DNA from: Eledone cirrhosa
Lineage: Eukaryota
NCBI GenBank assembly: GCA_964016885.1
Contig: OZ024747.1
Span: forward strand, 30,442,001-30,506,000
Reading direction: 5' to 3'
DNA: 64,000 nucleotides
Positions 23,810 to 37,118 of the stretch are shown one piece after another (the stretch's first letter is position 1; each line of letters opens with the position of its first letter). The position numbers were made by a program, and so were the translations under genes. Below the pieces are notes generated by a model. That model did no database searches, had not been told where the DNA came from, and was given only the letters and a program-made list of their open reading frames with translations.

Positions 23810-26166
23810 TGAGGTTAGTCGTTAGTGACATATCAGTAAGCAAGAGAAAACATGAGACATACAGGAAGGTGTGGAAAAGAAAGGTCTTGAATCTAAAATA
23901 CCTTTCATTAAAATATAAATTTAGCAAAGCCCTTCAAGATGTGTATGATGAAAAAGAAGACGATTTAGAGTCGTATGTCATAGATGATAACTGGAATTTC
24001 TTATGTGGCAACTTACTGCAGGCTACTGAAGCAACTTGTGGTTGGGGAATAGCTTCAACCAGACAGAGAGTAACCTGGTGGTGGAACAGCACGGTAGATA
24101 GGGCCATTCGAGACAAAAGACTGGCCTGGAAAGCTAGGAAAAATGGTGGGAGTAGAGAAGGATACACAGCCACTAAGAGAGAAGCTAGATGTCAGGTGTA
24201 CTTAGCATGCAGGGAGGCTGAAAGTAGCAGGTTTGCCAATATTCTGTGATGGGAAGATCAGAGATGTGCGGTGTTCTGCATTGCAAGGCAGTGTGTCAAT
24301 GCAAATCAGGATGTTGTTGGAGATAAATGTGTCAGGAATGATGCCGGTGTACTTAGTGTCATGAATGATCAAAAGAAGGAGGCCTGGAAATGTCATTATG
24401 AGAGACTGATGAATGTGGAGAATGAATGGGAGAGAGAGAAATTACCCCCAGTAGACCAGACAGAGGGCCAGCTATTGAGATTGACGACTATAGGGTCCAA
24501 GAGGCAATTAAGGAAATAAAAAGTAGTAAGGCTGCTGGACCGTTGGGGATAGTTGCTGAGATGCTGAAGGCATCAGGAGAAGTAGGCACTACTGGTTGCA
24601 CGCATTATCAATCAAGCTATATATGGTGGTGCCATACCCAAAGTAGTATTCTCATAAATTGCTACAAAGTTAAAGGGGATGCTCTGGAGAGGAGCAATTA
24701 TAGAGCATAAAGCTGATGGATCAGGTTATGAAAGTGGCAGAGAGAATATTAGTGCAACTGATTAGAGAAAGGATCAAATTAGATGAGATGCAGTTTGGTT
24801 TTGTGCCTCGGAAAAGTACAACAGTTGCCCTCTTAGGGAGGAAACTACAGAAGAGGTTCTTAGAGAAGAATAAGCCACTATACTTAGCTTTTGTTGACCT
24901 AGAGAAGGCCTTTGATAGGGTACCCTGATCTGTCATCTGGTGGTCCCTAATGAAACTAGCTGTAGAGGAATGGCTTGTGATGACATTGCAGGCTATGTAC
25001 AGGGGTGCTGTCAGTAAAGTGAGAGTAGGTATGGAGTTTAGTGGGGAATTCCAGATACAAGTAGGTGTACATCAGGGTTCGGTCCTCAGCCCATTCTTGT
25101 TCATTATAGTCCTCCAAGCCATAACAGAGAAGTTTAAGACTGGCTGTCCATGGGAACTTCTCTATGCTGATGATGATCTGGTTCTTATAGCAGAATCAGT
25201 AGAGTAGCTAGAGAATAAATTATGACTATGGAAACAGCAGTTGGAATCAAGAGGATTGAGAGTGAACATAGCTAAGACAAAAGTGCTGATAAGTAGAAGA
25301 GAGAACAATACTCTGATTCCATCAGGGAAATGGCCATGTTTGATATGTAGGAAAGGAACTGGCATAAATTCCACAAATTGTACACAATGCAGATCCTGGG
25401 TACACAAGAAATGTAGTGGGATAGCAGGCAAACTAACAGGTAGGGAAAACTACGTATGCAGTAGATGTACAGGGAAAGTTGGCAGTAGTAATCGCAGTGA
25501 TAGACACATTTTTCCAATGCAGGTGGGTTCTATAGAAGTGGTTGACAGCTTCCAGTACCTAGGTGATCAGATTAGCATGGGAGGGGCATATTCAGAGGCC
25601 ATAGTATCTAGAATAAGGACGGGTTGGAAGAAGTTTAGGGAGCTGCTTCCTCTGTTCACAAAGAAGGGTTTCTCCCTGCGTACAAAAAGACAGTTATATG
25701 ATGCCTGTGTGAGATGCGCGATGCTGCATGGTAGTGAGACATGGGCAGCAACTGCAGAGGATATGCGACGGCTGGAGAGAAATGAAGCAAGCATGCTCTG
25801 TTGGATGTGCAATGTCAATGTGCGTGAACGACCAAGCATGGACTATTTGAGAAAGAGACTGGGTATAAGAGGGATGAGTTGTGGTGTGCAGGAGAGAAGG
25901 CTGAGATGGTATGGACATGTGATGCACATGGAAGATGACCACTGGGTAAAGAAGTGCCAAGAAATCCCAGTAGAAGGAAGACGCAGTAGAGGTAGACCAC
26001 GAAAAACATGGGCGGAGGTGGTGAGAGCAGACCTCAGATTGCTGAAAATCACCGAGGAGATGATGAAGGACTGTGACGAATGGAGAGATGCTGTGTTGAA
26101 TAGGACCCATCCAACCCTTGCAAGCAGGGAAAAGCGGACGTAAAATGATGATGATGATGATGATGA
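23810..26166 (+). mobile_element. 5'-truncated, decayed RTE-clade LINE with PHD-like Cys/His insert after the RT core; (GAT)n tail
   Basis: WWWN, SNYR, QFGF, FVDLEKAFDRVP, GVHQGSVLSP, LYADDDLV, then CLIC...CTQCRSWVHKKC...CSRC, WYGHV, GRPRKTW. Multiple stops and frameshifts. Tail at 26145-26166. Confidence 0.9.
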
Positions 26167-26468
26167 GGACATTCAGTGATTACTTTGCATTTGTTCGAGA
26201 TGTATCTACATTCAGATTTAGGTGTCTGATGGTCCTATTTGCTTTTTTACATATGAGATGGAATCAAGATTTAATTTCATATAAAAATTGTGCCTCAGAT
26301 GTCATAGGAAACTTGTGAAAGCAATATTTATCTTATAGTTTCAAAAGAAAAAAACCATTGAAATGACAAATAAACAAAGATAATAGTAACAAGGTCTTTA
26401 TGGGTTTCTTGAGACCAAAGATCTGTATGTAGGAAATTCTGAAGGCGAATGCCTTTATTATGGGATAT

Positions 26469-26692
26469 GAGTGGTGGATTGGTAGTATTGGTAGAGCGTT
26501 GAATAACATGCTTTGCAGCATAGAGTTTCATCCCTTTACATTCTGTATTCAAATACCACTGTGGTTAGCTTTGACTATCATCCTTACAGGGTTGTAAGGA
26601 TGAAATAAAATACCATGAACATACGGGGTTCAATTTAATTGACTTTTTCCTTCCCCCAAATTGCTGGCCTTGTACCTAAATCAGAAACCATC
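26469..26692 (+). mobile_element. Older, diverged tRNA-derived SINE copy
   Basis: gtggtggattggtagtattggtagag...tcatccttacagggtt...ttgctggccttgtacctaaatcagaaacca. Confidence 0.75.
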
Positions 26693-28554
26693 ATGGAAGA
26701 TGAGCAGTCGATGTTCTATATAAGTTTTCCCCTTTCACATCACGGATGTTATCCAAGAGAAAGGCAAAGGCTAATATATTTTGGCACCAGTGATATAGAC
26801 AAGGCCGAATTTAATGGGGAACAAAGGGGACAATTGCCCACCAGCGATGGTTGTAGCAATTTACTTGTGCTTTCTGCTGGGCTCTTGACAACAAGAGCTA
26901 TATTTTTAACAAAAAGTATTTAATGTCCTTACTGTGGCAAAATTCATCAAATATTCTCAACTTTAGAGACATCAGGTTGTTATCAGAACATGATGTCACT
27001 GTGTAAAGAAGAGGAATGCTTTAAAATGTTTCTTAGATAGGATGGATAGAAAAGAGAAATGTTATAAATAAGAAAGTGTCTGAGAAACATTTGAAATAAG
27101 ACTGAATCATGTTACACAGAAACCTGATTTTAATCATCAATTTTTCAAGTCATCTATTATTGACATAAAAAAGATAATAAAATGAAGTAAGAAATATGCA
27201 GAAATTAATCCCGCATAAAATCCCAAACAGACAAGCTGTGAAAATGAACAAATTTTTCTTGTCAGACAAATAATGAACAATATGTTTCAATATAGTCTGT
27301 AGACAATAAGAAAGATGTTAAGCTTCAGTGAAATCTCCCCTCGTTTATCATATTATTTATTGAAGATACATTAGTAATGTCTGTGATAATTCTATTAATA
27401 ATTTATAGAAGAAGACACTATTCAGTCATCCTCACAACTTTTATCAGGAAGTATATTGCTGCACAATAATATTATCTTTCTTGTTCTTGTTAATTTTGCC
27501 TCCATGAAAATCTACTAAAAATGCAGTAACAATTACAAAAGGCAATAACATTAAATTCATGATTGCCATCATATTTCCCATTTTTTCGGTTCTTTCTTCT
27601 GTTACTATTATTCATAACCATCTAAACATAGTTAGTGGGCAGACATCTTTCCTACTTATACAATACTAAGTTTCTATGTCATAAACTACATGCTCATTTT
27701 ACATTTTCCATCTCACTTCCTCTTTTGACTGTTTCACAAAGGAAGCTCATTACTAAATTAGTGGAGCTGAAGAGAATTAAATATTGATTCAATTTCCTAT
27801 ATTCTTCATTCTAAATATGTCACAATATAGATTATGACTATGTATCTTTGTATAATGAAATTGCTTAAAATATTTGATGTATACACAAACATATTTAATA
27901 TCACAAGGATCTCATGTTTGTGGAGAGAAAGTGAGACAAATAGAAGGTGTGCAATATTCACAACAAAATTAAATATATTTACACATTTGAATATATTAAT
28001 TCATGCATTGTATGATAATTTTGAAAATGTTATTGATGCCTTCCAGTAATATTTATATAATTTGACAATATTTATTAATGTTTTTATGGAAAGATAGGAA
28101 AGCAAAAAATTTTGAAACTGTGTGAATCCCAAACATAGTAACTGTAACAGTCAATTATTATAAACAATAGTTTGGAAAATTGTGTAAAATACTCACGATT
28201 TTCTAAAGTATTGTTTATAGTGATTAACTAATGTTAGTGTTACTATTAATTTGGGATTCTCACATTCAAAATTTCAAATTTTCACCCAGTGCTACAATAA
28301 TTTATAAGATTCATTTACAGGAAAGTAAAAGATTTTAGATATATTGAAATAATAGTAGCCATAGCCAAATTAAATAAAATGCTCGAAATTATCAGCAAAT
28401 TATTGTTTTCAACCTGTGGCATTTGAGAGGTTTGGGAGACTAGGGCTGCTGACAATGAAGTTCTTTTTATTGTTGGTGGCTTATTTTACTTAAGTATCAC
28501 CAGTGGCAATGCTGTGAGTGTATTGGCTTTTCTTAAACATTAATAGTAGAAGAC

Positions 28555-28741
28555 AGTGGAAGATTGGCAGTATCAGTAGAGAGTTGGATGCCATGCTTTC
28601 CAGCATAGTTACGTCCCTTTATAGTCTGAGTTCAAATCCCGCCGAGGTTAACTTTGCCTTTCATCCTTACGGGGTCGATAAAATAAAGTACCAGTGATGT
28701 ACTGGGTAATTGCTGGCCTTGTGCCAAAAGTAGAAACAATT
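28555..28741 (+). mobile_element. tRNA-derived SINE with 16-bp TSD
   Basis: SINE consensus match; attaatagtagaagac at 28539-28554 and 28739-28754. Confidence 0.9.
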
Positions 28742-29134
28742 AATAGTAGAAGACTCTAGCACCCCTTGTAGATGTGTATGGTTGAGTGTGTGTGTGTGTC
28801 TTATCCCACTTTTCCCTCTTTATTTCTTTTTCTTTTTTACATACATTTTAAAATATAAATTGTGTGTAAATATTTTATATAAATTATCAATATAAATTGT
28901 GTATTGTATTTTTATATAAATTGTATATAACTCTAAACTTAAGCCTATTGAAAGAAAAAATATTTTCTTGCTGGAACTTAAAAATAAATAATAGTAAAAG
29001 CAATGCTTTGTGGTTTCAGTGTTTCTGGCCAAGAATGAAACCCATGTTATGTATTAGTTCTATAGTTGGAAACTGAAGAATTCTATAAGTATTTGTAATT
29101 TATAGCTAAGTAATAAGAATTCCACTTAATGCAT

Positions 29135-29262
29135 AAAATGTCAGTGGAAGGAAGTTGCAGTAGAGGTAGACCAAGAAAGACCTGGTCAGAGGTGGTGAAG
29201 GCTGACCTCAAATCGCTGAGACTCACAGAGGAGATGACGAAGAAAAGCAGTGAGTGTGGATG
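29135..29262 (+). mobile_element. Short RTE 3' fragment
   Basis: VEGSCSRGRPRKTWSEVVKADLKSLRLTEEMTK, similar to 25970-26070. Confidence 0.75.
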
Positions 29263-29808
29263 AATATATTAACAAGGTTAATAATTTAAGAGATCAAACT
29301 TGGTTGAAATATGCCTAGAAGGTTTAAAGCTAAATGTGTTTCTACAATCTGCAAATATAATGAACCGATTCATCTGAGCTGTAATCCATAGTGTAAACAA
29401 TTCAAATATTGTACAACTGTAAGTTATTAATATGTCATTGTAATATCTACATATTTCATCTTTAGTGGATTTTCCACTTCTCAAATTTATGATGATGTAT
29501 GCATTTTTAATGCATTTGAAATGAAAATTAATATACATAAGAATATGTTTCTTTTATTTTCTTTTTCATTATTCTTTTGTTTTAAGCCTGGTTAATAATA
29601 TATGGATTACTTCCATCACTCTTGCTAGCAAGAAAAATGGACATTAAAACGACGATGATGATGATGCTAGCTTACTAAAAGGAAAGAAAAAAATTAAAAC
29701 TATTACTATCTTTAATTTTTATCCAGTTGTAGAAATGTATATAAGACTAATAAAATGATATAAATTCTGTTTAGGTGCTTGGTTGAATTATTATTATTAT
29801 TATATTAT

Positions 29809-29925
29809 TTCAAGTCCTGCCGAGGTTAACTTTGCCTTTCACCCTTACAGGGTCGATGAAATAAAGTACCAGTAATGCACTGGGATAATTCCTGGCCTTG
29901 TGCCAAAAGTAGAGACAATTATTAT
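29809..29925 (+). mobile_element. 5'-truncated tRNA-derived SINE in an (ATT)n tract
   Basis: gccgaggttaactttgcctttcacccttacagggtcgatg...gtagagacaattattatt. Confidence 0.85.
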
Positions 29926-29939
29926 TATATTATTTGGTG

Positions 29940-32900
29940 CACATCTGTGAAGATGTTAGAAGTCAGAAAAGGTTCGTAATTTTAAGTTGTTTTAAAGTAT
30001 TACTTTGTGTTTTTCTTGTCGATAACGGAGCATAAGATACTCACCTTTCAATATTCAGATTAATTTTAAAAAAAACTTTGAAAAATCACTCTCCCCCCCC
30101 AAAAAAAACATGGAAGAATTTGACCTTGAAACAGTAAACAACTTACAGTTCAAAAGGTCAAAAACAGCCACTACAGCTAGTACCACTGACATGTGTAATA
30201 TGTCTGTTGTCAACGATACTAAATGTAAGAGGAGGACACAAAGGAACAACAAACTTTCCACTGTATCACTTCCAACCGACATCACCACCACCACCGCAAC
30301 AACAACAACCAAGAAAAACAATGACAACAACATCAACAGCCTCAATATAAATACTAATAACGGTAGTAGCAGCAACAACAAACAAAACAACAACCACAAT
30401 ACCACCAACAACAACAATAGCAAGAACGACAACACCAACAACAAGAGCAACAATGAAAGCAACAACATGCTGACCGGCAGCACCATATTTGCAGTGGCAG
30501 CAGCCAGAACAAAGTGTTTTTTAATGTTGACATCAGCGATAAGGAGTGACAGTTGGCTAGGGCATGGAGATCAATTAAACATAAGAAGTCGTGGGCCAAC
30601 CTAACCATCCCAGACAAGGCAATAGCAGCCATGCAAAGGAGGACTGTAAACTTTTGATGCATTTCAGTGCAGACTCAAAAGGTCGAACTTGCCAGCAGAT
30701 GTTGAGGCTGCTTTGGAGTGCATGGAGAGTGACATTGAGTACAAGCAAGGGCCAAGCAGTTTGGTACCATCTGTTCAAAACTGAGATCCTTGCTATTAAG
30801 CACTCTGTGACCCCCTGCAGAACAGAACGCATTATTATGCACCCAATCTACATGGGCAAAAGGACAGCGAAGCTCCCAATTCCTAGGATCTCACCAGGAA
30901 TGAACCTATGGTGGCTCCTGGGATGCGTAATCAAGGAGGACACAGACACTACCCGCGTAGATATTAAAAAAAACAGAGAGAGTGGACTGATCCAGGATGG
31001 ATATGAAGATTCTTTTCCAAATAAAACCAGAAGACCTAAACAAAATCCCGAATTTTGCCTCCCTGCAGGACGGGACAATGATTCAGTTAATCACTGAGGG
31101 AGGAAGGCTGCGAAGGCTGCATTAGTTGGTGTTGTCGTTATTAGTATTTATATTGAGGTTGTTGATGCAAGGGGCTGCAAACCTCCTTTGCTGCCAATGC
31201 CAGTGTCGACATGGAAAGCTCCACCACCACCACCACCAAAAACAACACCAACACTGACACCGGCAGCCCCACCAACAGCAAAAACAGCCGAACCACCACC
31301 AGTACCAAAACCAACCCAAGGGGAAAAAGAGAAAAGCTCTTCCAAACGAGGAAAGCTCTTCCCCCTACCCCTCAAAATATACACATAGACAAAACCATAA
31401 ATGGACACACAGACACAGATACACTCACAGACACAGACCCTTTGTCTTGCAGAAGTGAAGATGAAGGAAAACCTAAATGTGCCAAAAGGCAAAATAGAAA
31501 ACTCACAAAGAAAAAGCCCCCACAAAACACAAAAAGATCCACAACAAAAAATACAGACACCACCAACGCAAATAACACCAACACCAGCACTAACATCAAA
31601 ACCATCCCCACAATCCCTTAAACGCAAACAACCTAAACAAACGCAAGAACAAATAAACACACAGACACCTGAAATTGCAGACACCTACAACAAACACAGA
31701 CATACCTGAAACAACACCAACAAAACATAAAAAACGTTGTGCTTGTCAGAAGAAATTGATCGCCCTCTTAGCACGAAGTGAGGAGGGGAGATCTTTGAAT
31801 TGAGCACATCTTGCATGCCAGAAGATTTGTTTCTGGTGCGAATGTCGCTCAATTCTTACAAAGAAATTCAAGAGAGCTTTCCTCAGGACGTGGGAACCCC
31901 GGACGTGAAACACACAGTGAGACTTTTAAAGGGGTTGCCAAAAAAACCCCCACCAACTAAGGATGTCGAACCACCTGACCTTCATAAGACCCCGGGAGGT
32001 AAGTAAATCTTCCCTAACTCTTTTAGCTTGTCAACATGGCCATGTTAAGAATAGGAAGTTTTAATGTTCATGGCTTGGGGTTACCATGGAAGCAGGGTCG
32101 CCTGCTCAATGACCTCAGGTCTCTGGAAATGGATGTGATTGCCGTCAGTAGGACCAGAATTTCTGGCATGCACGCACTAGCCCCCATTATCGATGACTAT
32201 AAGATCTTCGCATCTGTTAGCAGGCTGGGAATGGGAAGTCGGGTGGCAGTGCTGTTTAGGAAAGGAATGGATCTCGAGGTAAGGTCAATGTTCCAGGACC
32301 CGGATGGTAAGTTGGTGGTCCTGGATGTAAACAATAGTGAAGGTGGTGCCTTTAGACTGCTGGCCATCTATTCCCCTACCAAGGCCGGATGGCTGGACTT
32401 CTTTAGGTGCCTGGAAGCCTTTCTGGGTACATCTCGCCCTTTACTGTTAGCGGGGGACTGGAACATCATCTTAGACATATGCTGGGATTGTGTGGGAGTA
32501 GCTGATAGTGCAAAAGCCTCAAGCACATAATCCGCCAGTTCCAAATGTCTGACAGGTACCGACTAGATTTTCCTAATGTGCCAGTGTGGGCCTGGACCAA
32601 TCGCATAGGGTCATCTAGATCGTATATAGACAGGACATTCATTAGGAAAATAGATAGAAATAGTGCCCACTTTTTAAAACGGTCACCTATTCAGATCACA
32701 AGTTTGTGATCTGTATGGTCGACGTAGATAAAACGAGTAGGACCTGGTTACTGGAAGCTGAACATGTCGTTTCTGGCACATAAGACTTACAGGGACCAGG
32801 TCAAAAATTTAGTGAATCAAAAGTTGACAAGGGGCATTGTCAACAATAGATGGTGTGGGGCTCTCAAAAGAGAGATTAGAGTAACTTTGATAGGGTTTAG

Positions 32901-35228
32901 CAAAGAAGTAGCGTCAGAGAAAAATAGAAAGGAGGGGGAGCTTGTAGCTAAGTTAAATGACACTATTTGTAGTGGCATTGCAATGGACATGTTTGCAGCG
33001 AGAATGGCATTAGACCAATTTTTCAATGCAAAACACGAAGGTTGCATTGTCACAGCCAGGGCGTGTGCTCTGAGAAAGCAGGGAACCAAAGCTGTTCGAT
33101 GGGCCCACGTGGCGGAGGTGCAGCATGGTAATAAAACCACAATTTGGTCTATGACGGACTGAGACAGACACAAGATGAGCGATTCCAAGCGGATGAGTGA
33201 GGCTTTCCGTCAGCACTTTGTTTGGTTGTTCGGAGAGAGTGGCGGGTCAGAGATAGTAGCGGACTTCAGTCCCTACCTTGATGGCTGCCACACATCGCGA
33301 TGGCCAATGCTGAGCGCTGCGAAAGGCCGATTACTTCCGCTGAAATTCAGGACACCCTTGTCGGTTGTACGAGGGACAAGTCACCCGGTTTGGATGGCCT
33401 GCCCCACGAGCTTTATGTAAATATGCCAGACTTGTTCTCCAATCTCCTCAAAGTGCTCTACTGCAACTGGCAACAGAGTGGGAGCGGTTACACTGTTAAG
33501 GAAAGACGAGAACAAGAGGGATACCGTACAGAACTTCAGGCCCATAACTCTGCTCAACACAGAGTTTTTGATTTTGGCAAAGGTGTTAGCATAGAGGTTC
33601 AGGCTTGTCATCGGGGATTTGGTTGGGGAGGTGCAAACTTGAGCAATCCTGACCAGGTCCATGCGTTACAACCTCCACCTCATGCAATACATCATAGAGA
33701 GGGTAGGGTGTAAACATGGCTTCGGTGGAGTACTCAATTTGGATCAATTGAAAGCATTCGATAGGGTCGACCATCAGTACCTGGAGGCTGTCCTCAAGGC
33801 AGCTGGCTTTGGCCCTGTCTTCAGAAGTTGGATCACTTCAATGCACAGCGGCATCTGCTCGGTGGTCAAGGTTAATGGCAACCTCTCGGAACCATTTCAG
33901 GTCTCCCGATCAGTCCGTCAAGGGGTCTCTCTCTCTTCCCATCTATATGTATTGACTGTCGAGCCTTAACTGCGCAAATTGCAGCTGTTGCAGGGCATCT
34001 CGCTTGAACCGAGACGCGGAAAAGCTGTGTCGGTTTATGCAGATGACATCACCGTGATGGTGTCGGACACCTGGGTAACAGAGGTGGTCGTCACCTTATT
34101 GGAGGAAAATGAAAGGTTGTCAGGAGCGAAACTTAACCCATCGGTGGGCTTGCAGCAAGTCCAAGCCATCCAACAGCATTGTGGGGCGCTGGATGGACGG
34201 GCTGGTAAAGTTGGTTGGGGTTTGGCTTGGACGAGATCTTCAGGTGGATAAGAATTGGGATGAGGTAATGAGCAGGGTAGCCACCCAGAAATGGGCTGTG
34301 AGGAAGCTATCACTGAAAGGTCGCGCGGAGGTGGCAAATGCGTACATTATGTCCATCATCTACTATCGCCTGACCGACGTGCCTTGCCAAGCTGGAATGG
34401 CTCCTCTTCAAAATCTTGTGGAGGGGACAGGTCCGGTTGGTGATGCATTCCATCTGCTGCCAGCACCCTCTACGTGGAGGGCTGAGGATGCCGTGGCTAA
34501 TGATGCACAGACATGCACTGAGGCTGCGAAATCTCTAAATATTCTGCCTAAACGGTGAACAGGTGTGGTCGCCATTTATCAGATGAGCCAGGGATGATGG
34601 ATAAATTCTAGAGATTCCTCGCTTGGCAGTGCTACCGGGTGGCACTGCCGGTTCAAGATAAACTCTACAGGCACGGATGTGCTGTCAGACAGACCTACCT
34701 GACAAACAGCTGTTGTCACGTGTAGAATGGATCCGGCTATCAGCCAAGTCCATAGTGAAGATTGACCTTCCGTCTTCCTTTGGTCAGGAAGAGCAGGCAA
34801 TTTTCTGTCTGGTGACAGTTGCGAAAGAGGTTGTATGATGGACTGGATTGAAAGGACTGAAGACAGACACTTTTCTCTTTGGCCAATCCCTCATCAAATT
34901 CTTCAAGTTTCACCTGGAAAGGAAGGTGAGGGTGGAGAGAGAAGTGCTTTCCGCCAGTACATTTGCTAAAAGGTGGATGAATGTGGCGAGGATGGCCCAT
35001 GTGAGTGGGCATACTCTGACCATGCGCCTATAGGCTGGTTAATTAGAGGAGGAGGCATGCCTTCCCCGGGTGCCCTAAAAGCGCCGGATGGTTCAGGATT
35101 GGTGGGGTACCTGAGTCACCCCTGGGTTGTCCACCCCCCTATAGGGGAATCTATTTTGTTATATTCATGCATAGTTTATTTTATATTGGTCATGTGGCAG
35201 TCGTTAGAGGGTGAAATATTAGTGTAGT
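29940..35228 (+). mobile_element. Decayed near-full-length Tx1/L1-clade LINE (ORF1 remnant ~30110-32000; ORF2 APE+RT 32036-35033)
   Basis: GSFNVHGL, LAGDWN, YSDH, YWKLN, KSPGLDGLP, FRPITLLN, DQLKAFDRVDH, VRQG, YADDIT, LSLKGRAEVAN. Many frameshifts. Homologous to 43375-47080. Confidence 0.85.
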
Positions 35229-35621
35229 ATTATGCATATACACACACACACATATATACACACATACATATATATATATAGATATATATATACATGAGCG
35301 TAGAAGTATCATGTAACCATAGATATATATTTAACATATATTTTAAGAATGTGAATCTAATTATATTGGTTATATGAAAAATGTATTGTATTGTAGTAAA
35401 TTATAAGCTACGAGTGTATATGGTTAATTATAATAATAATTATGTGAGTAAATATATTACATATTTGTCAATTTTAACTATGTAAACAAACTATGGGGAA
35501 ATAACTTTAAATTATATAAGGTTACAAGTATTGTATTCAAGGTATGTTTTCGATAAACATTGTATAAGATATGCTTCGATCTATTAGGTTCCATAATTAT
35601 TATTATTTATATTGTAAATAA

Positions 35622-35811
35622 GGGCGGTGGATTGGCAGTATCGATAGAGGGTCTAACGCCATGCTTTGCAACAAAGAATTATGGCCCTAGCCATTCTGAC
35701 TTCTAATCTCGCCGAGGTTAACTTTGCCTTTCATCCTTATGGGGTCGATAAAATAAAGCACCAGTAATACACTGGATAATTGCTGGCCTTGTGCCAAACG
35801 TAGAAACAATT
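35622..35811 (+). mobile_element. tRNA-derived SINE with ~20-bp TSD
   Basis: gggcggtggattggcagtatc...gtagaaacaatt; attatttatattgtaaataa at 35602-35621 and 35809-35828. Confidence 0.9.
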
Positions 35812-35869
35812 ATTTATATTGTAAATAAACAACTTAGATAAGATTTCAAAGCACCAAATTGGTTAAAGA

Positions 35870-36770
35870 TCATTTATAAAGATTATGAAAAGTCTTGGAA
35901 AATATATGCAAACAAAAATTAAATATCTCTTTCTATTTGTTAATAATATTACCAGGATTGGTAATTATATGAAAGATTTCTTCTGTACAAAAATGATAAA
36001 TTTTGGAAATTGAAAAATTTTGGTATGCGGGAGCATCCCTGATTTTATTCCAAGAGATTGAATAATCAGTGTTATTCTCTTTTAAAGACCAAATTAGTTG
36101 TGACAGTGAAGTTGAGAATTTCTTATCAGAGCGTTTAAAAGTATGTTTGTGATTATACCAGCACTCCTTAAATTTTGATGAAGTGGTCTCTATATAATTA
36201 TACAGTTTATCTTTAGTTTTAATTGTGCATTTATATACAAAATTTCGATCTAAGCAATTATTCTCTTGTGGGCAAGAAATATTATTCCTGCAATTACATT
36301 TTCTTATATTGTTACTTGAAGATATGGTACTATTACTCAGGTATACGTTATTATTATTATTGCTAATGTTATTAATTATATTATTATTTTTATTGGCGTT
36401 TATTTCAGTTTGGTTTATTTTTAGATTTCTATTATTAATTTTTGCTATATTCTGGGCTAGATTCATAGTCGTTGAGTAAGAGAGCTTGACTGTATGTCTG
36501 TTAAAAATGCAATGGTATTTGTGGGATTTAGGAAAACATTCATTTAGGAAAACATTCATCTGTGATAAAGATGTCTTAATTCCTAACGATATTGAAGGTG
36601 AATACCAAATTATAGAGTGGGTTCTAGCTTTCCTATGTGATTTATTATTTTGGTTAGCTAGTTTATTTTCTTTATTTTTATAATATACTTTTGCAGGTGG
36701 GTTTTTATTATTCCTATCTATGTAATTAAATTTATTAGTGTATTCAGCTCTGTGTAAAGCGCCATTGAAT
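35870..36770 (-). mobile_element. Naiad-type Penelope-like element 3' fragment (linker + GIY-YIG endonuclease)
   Basis: FPKSHKYHCIFNRHTVKLSYS, CNCRNNISC (CxCx5C), VYKC...YIETT...FKECWYNHKHTF. Confidence 0.85.
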
Positions 36771-37118
36771 GATAATCAACAAACCATATAACTCAATGTT
36801 TATATATATATATTTATATATATATACATACATATATATATAAAATAGTTTAGATGAGTTGATAGCACAACCATATAGAGGCAAACAATAATTAAAAGCT
36901 CAGTTTTGATATTTTATAGTCCACAACAAGATAGATAGAATATATCATCTTAATGGCCGATGACCCTGGAGTTCTGTGTCCTTTCTTTCTATTTTTGTTT
37001 AAAAAAAATAATTTTTAAGGTTTCCCTTAAAAAAATTGTTTTTCGTTTTGCCTTGTTTCCATTCGTAGTTTTGTCCTCTCTTTTTTAATTTTTTAAAGTT
37101 TATATATATATATATATA

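Noticed and set aside
26700-27600. Hydrophobic reading frames suggesting a membrane-protein pseudogene
   Set aside because: Short, stop-ridden and expected in T-rich DNA; no recognisable motif.
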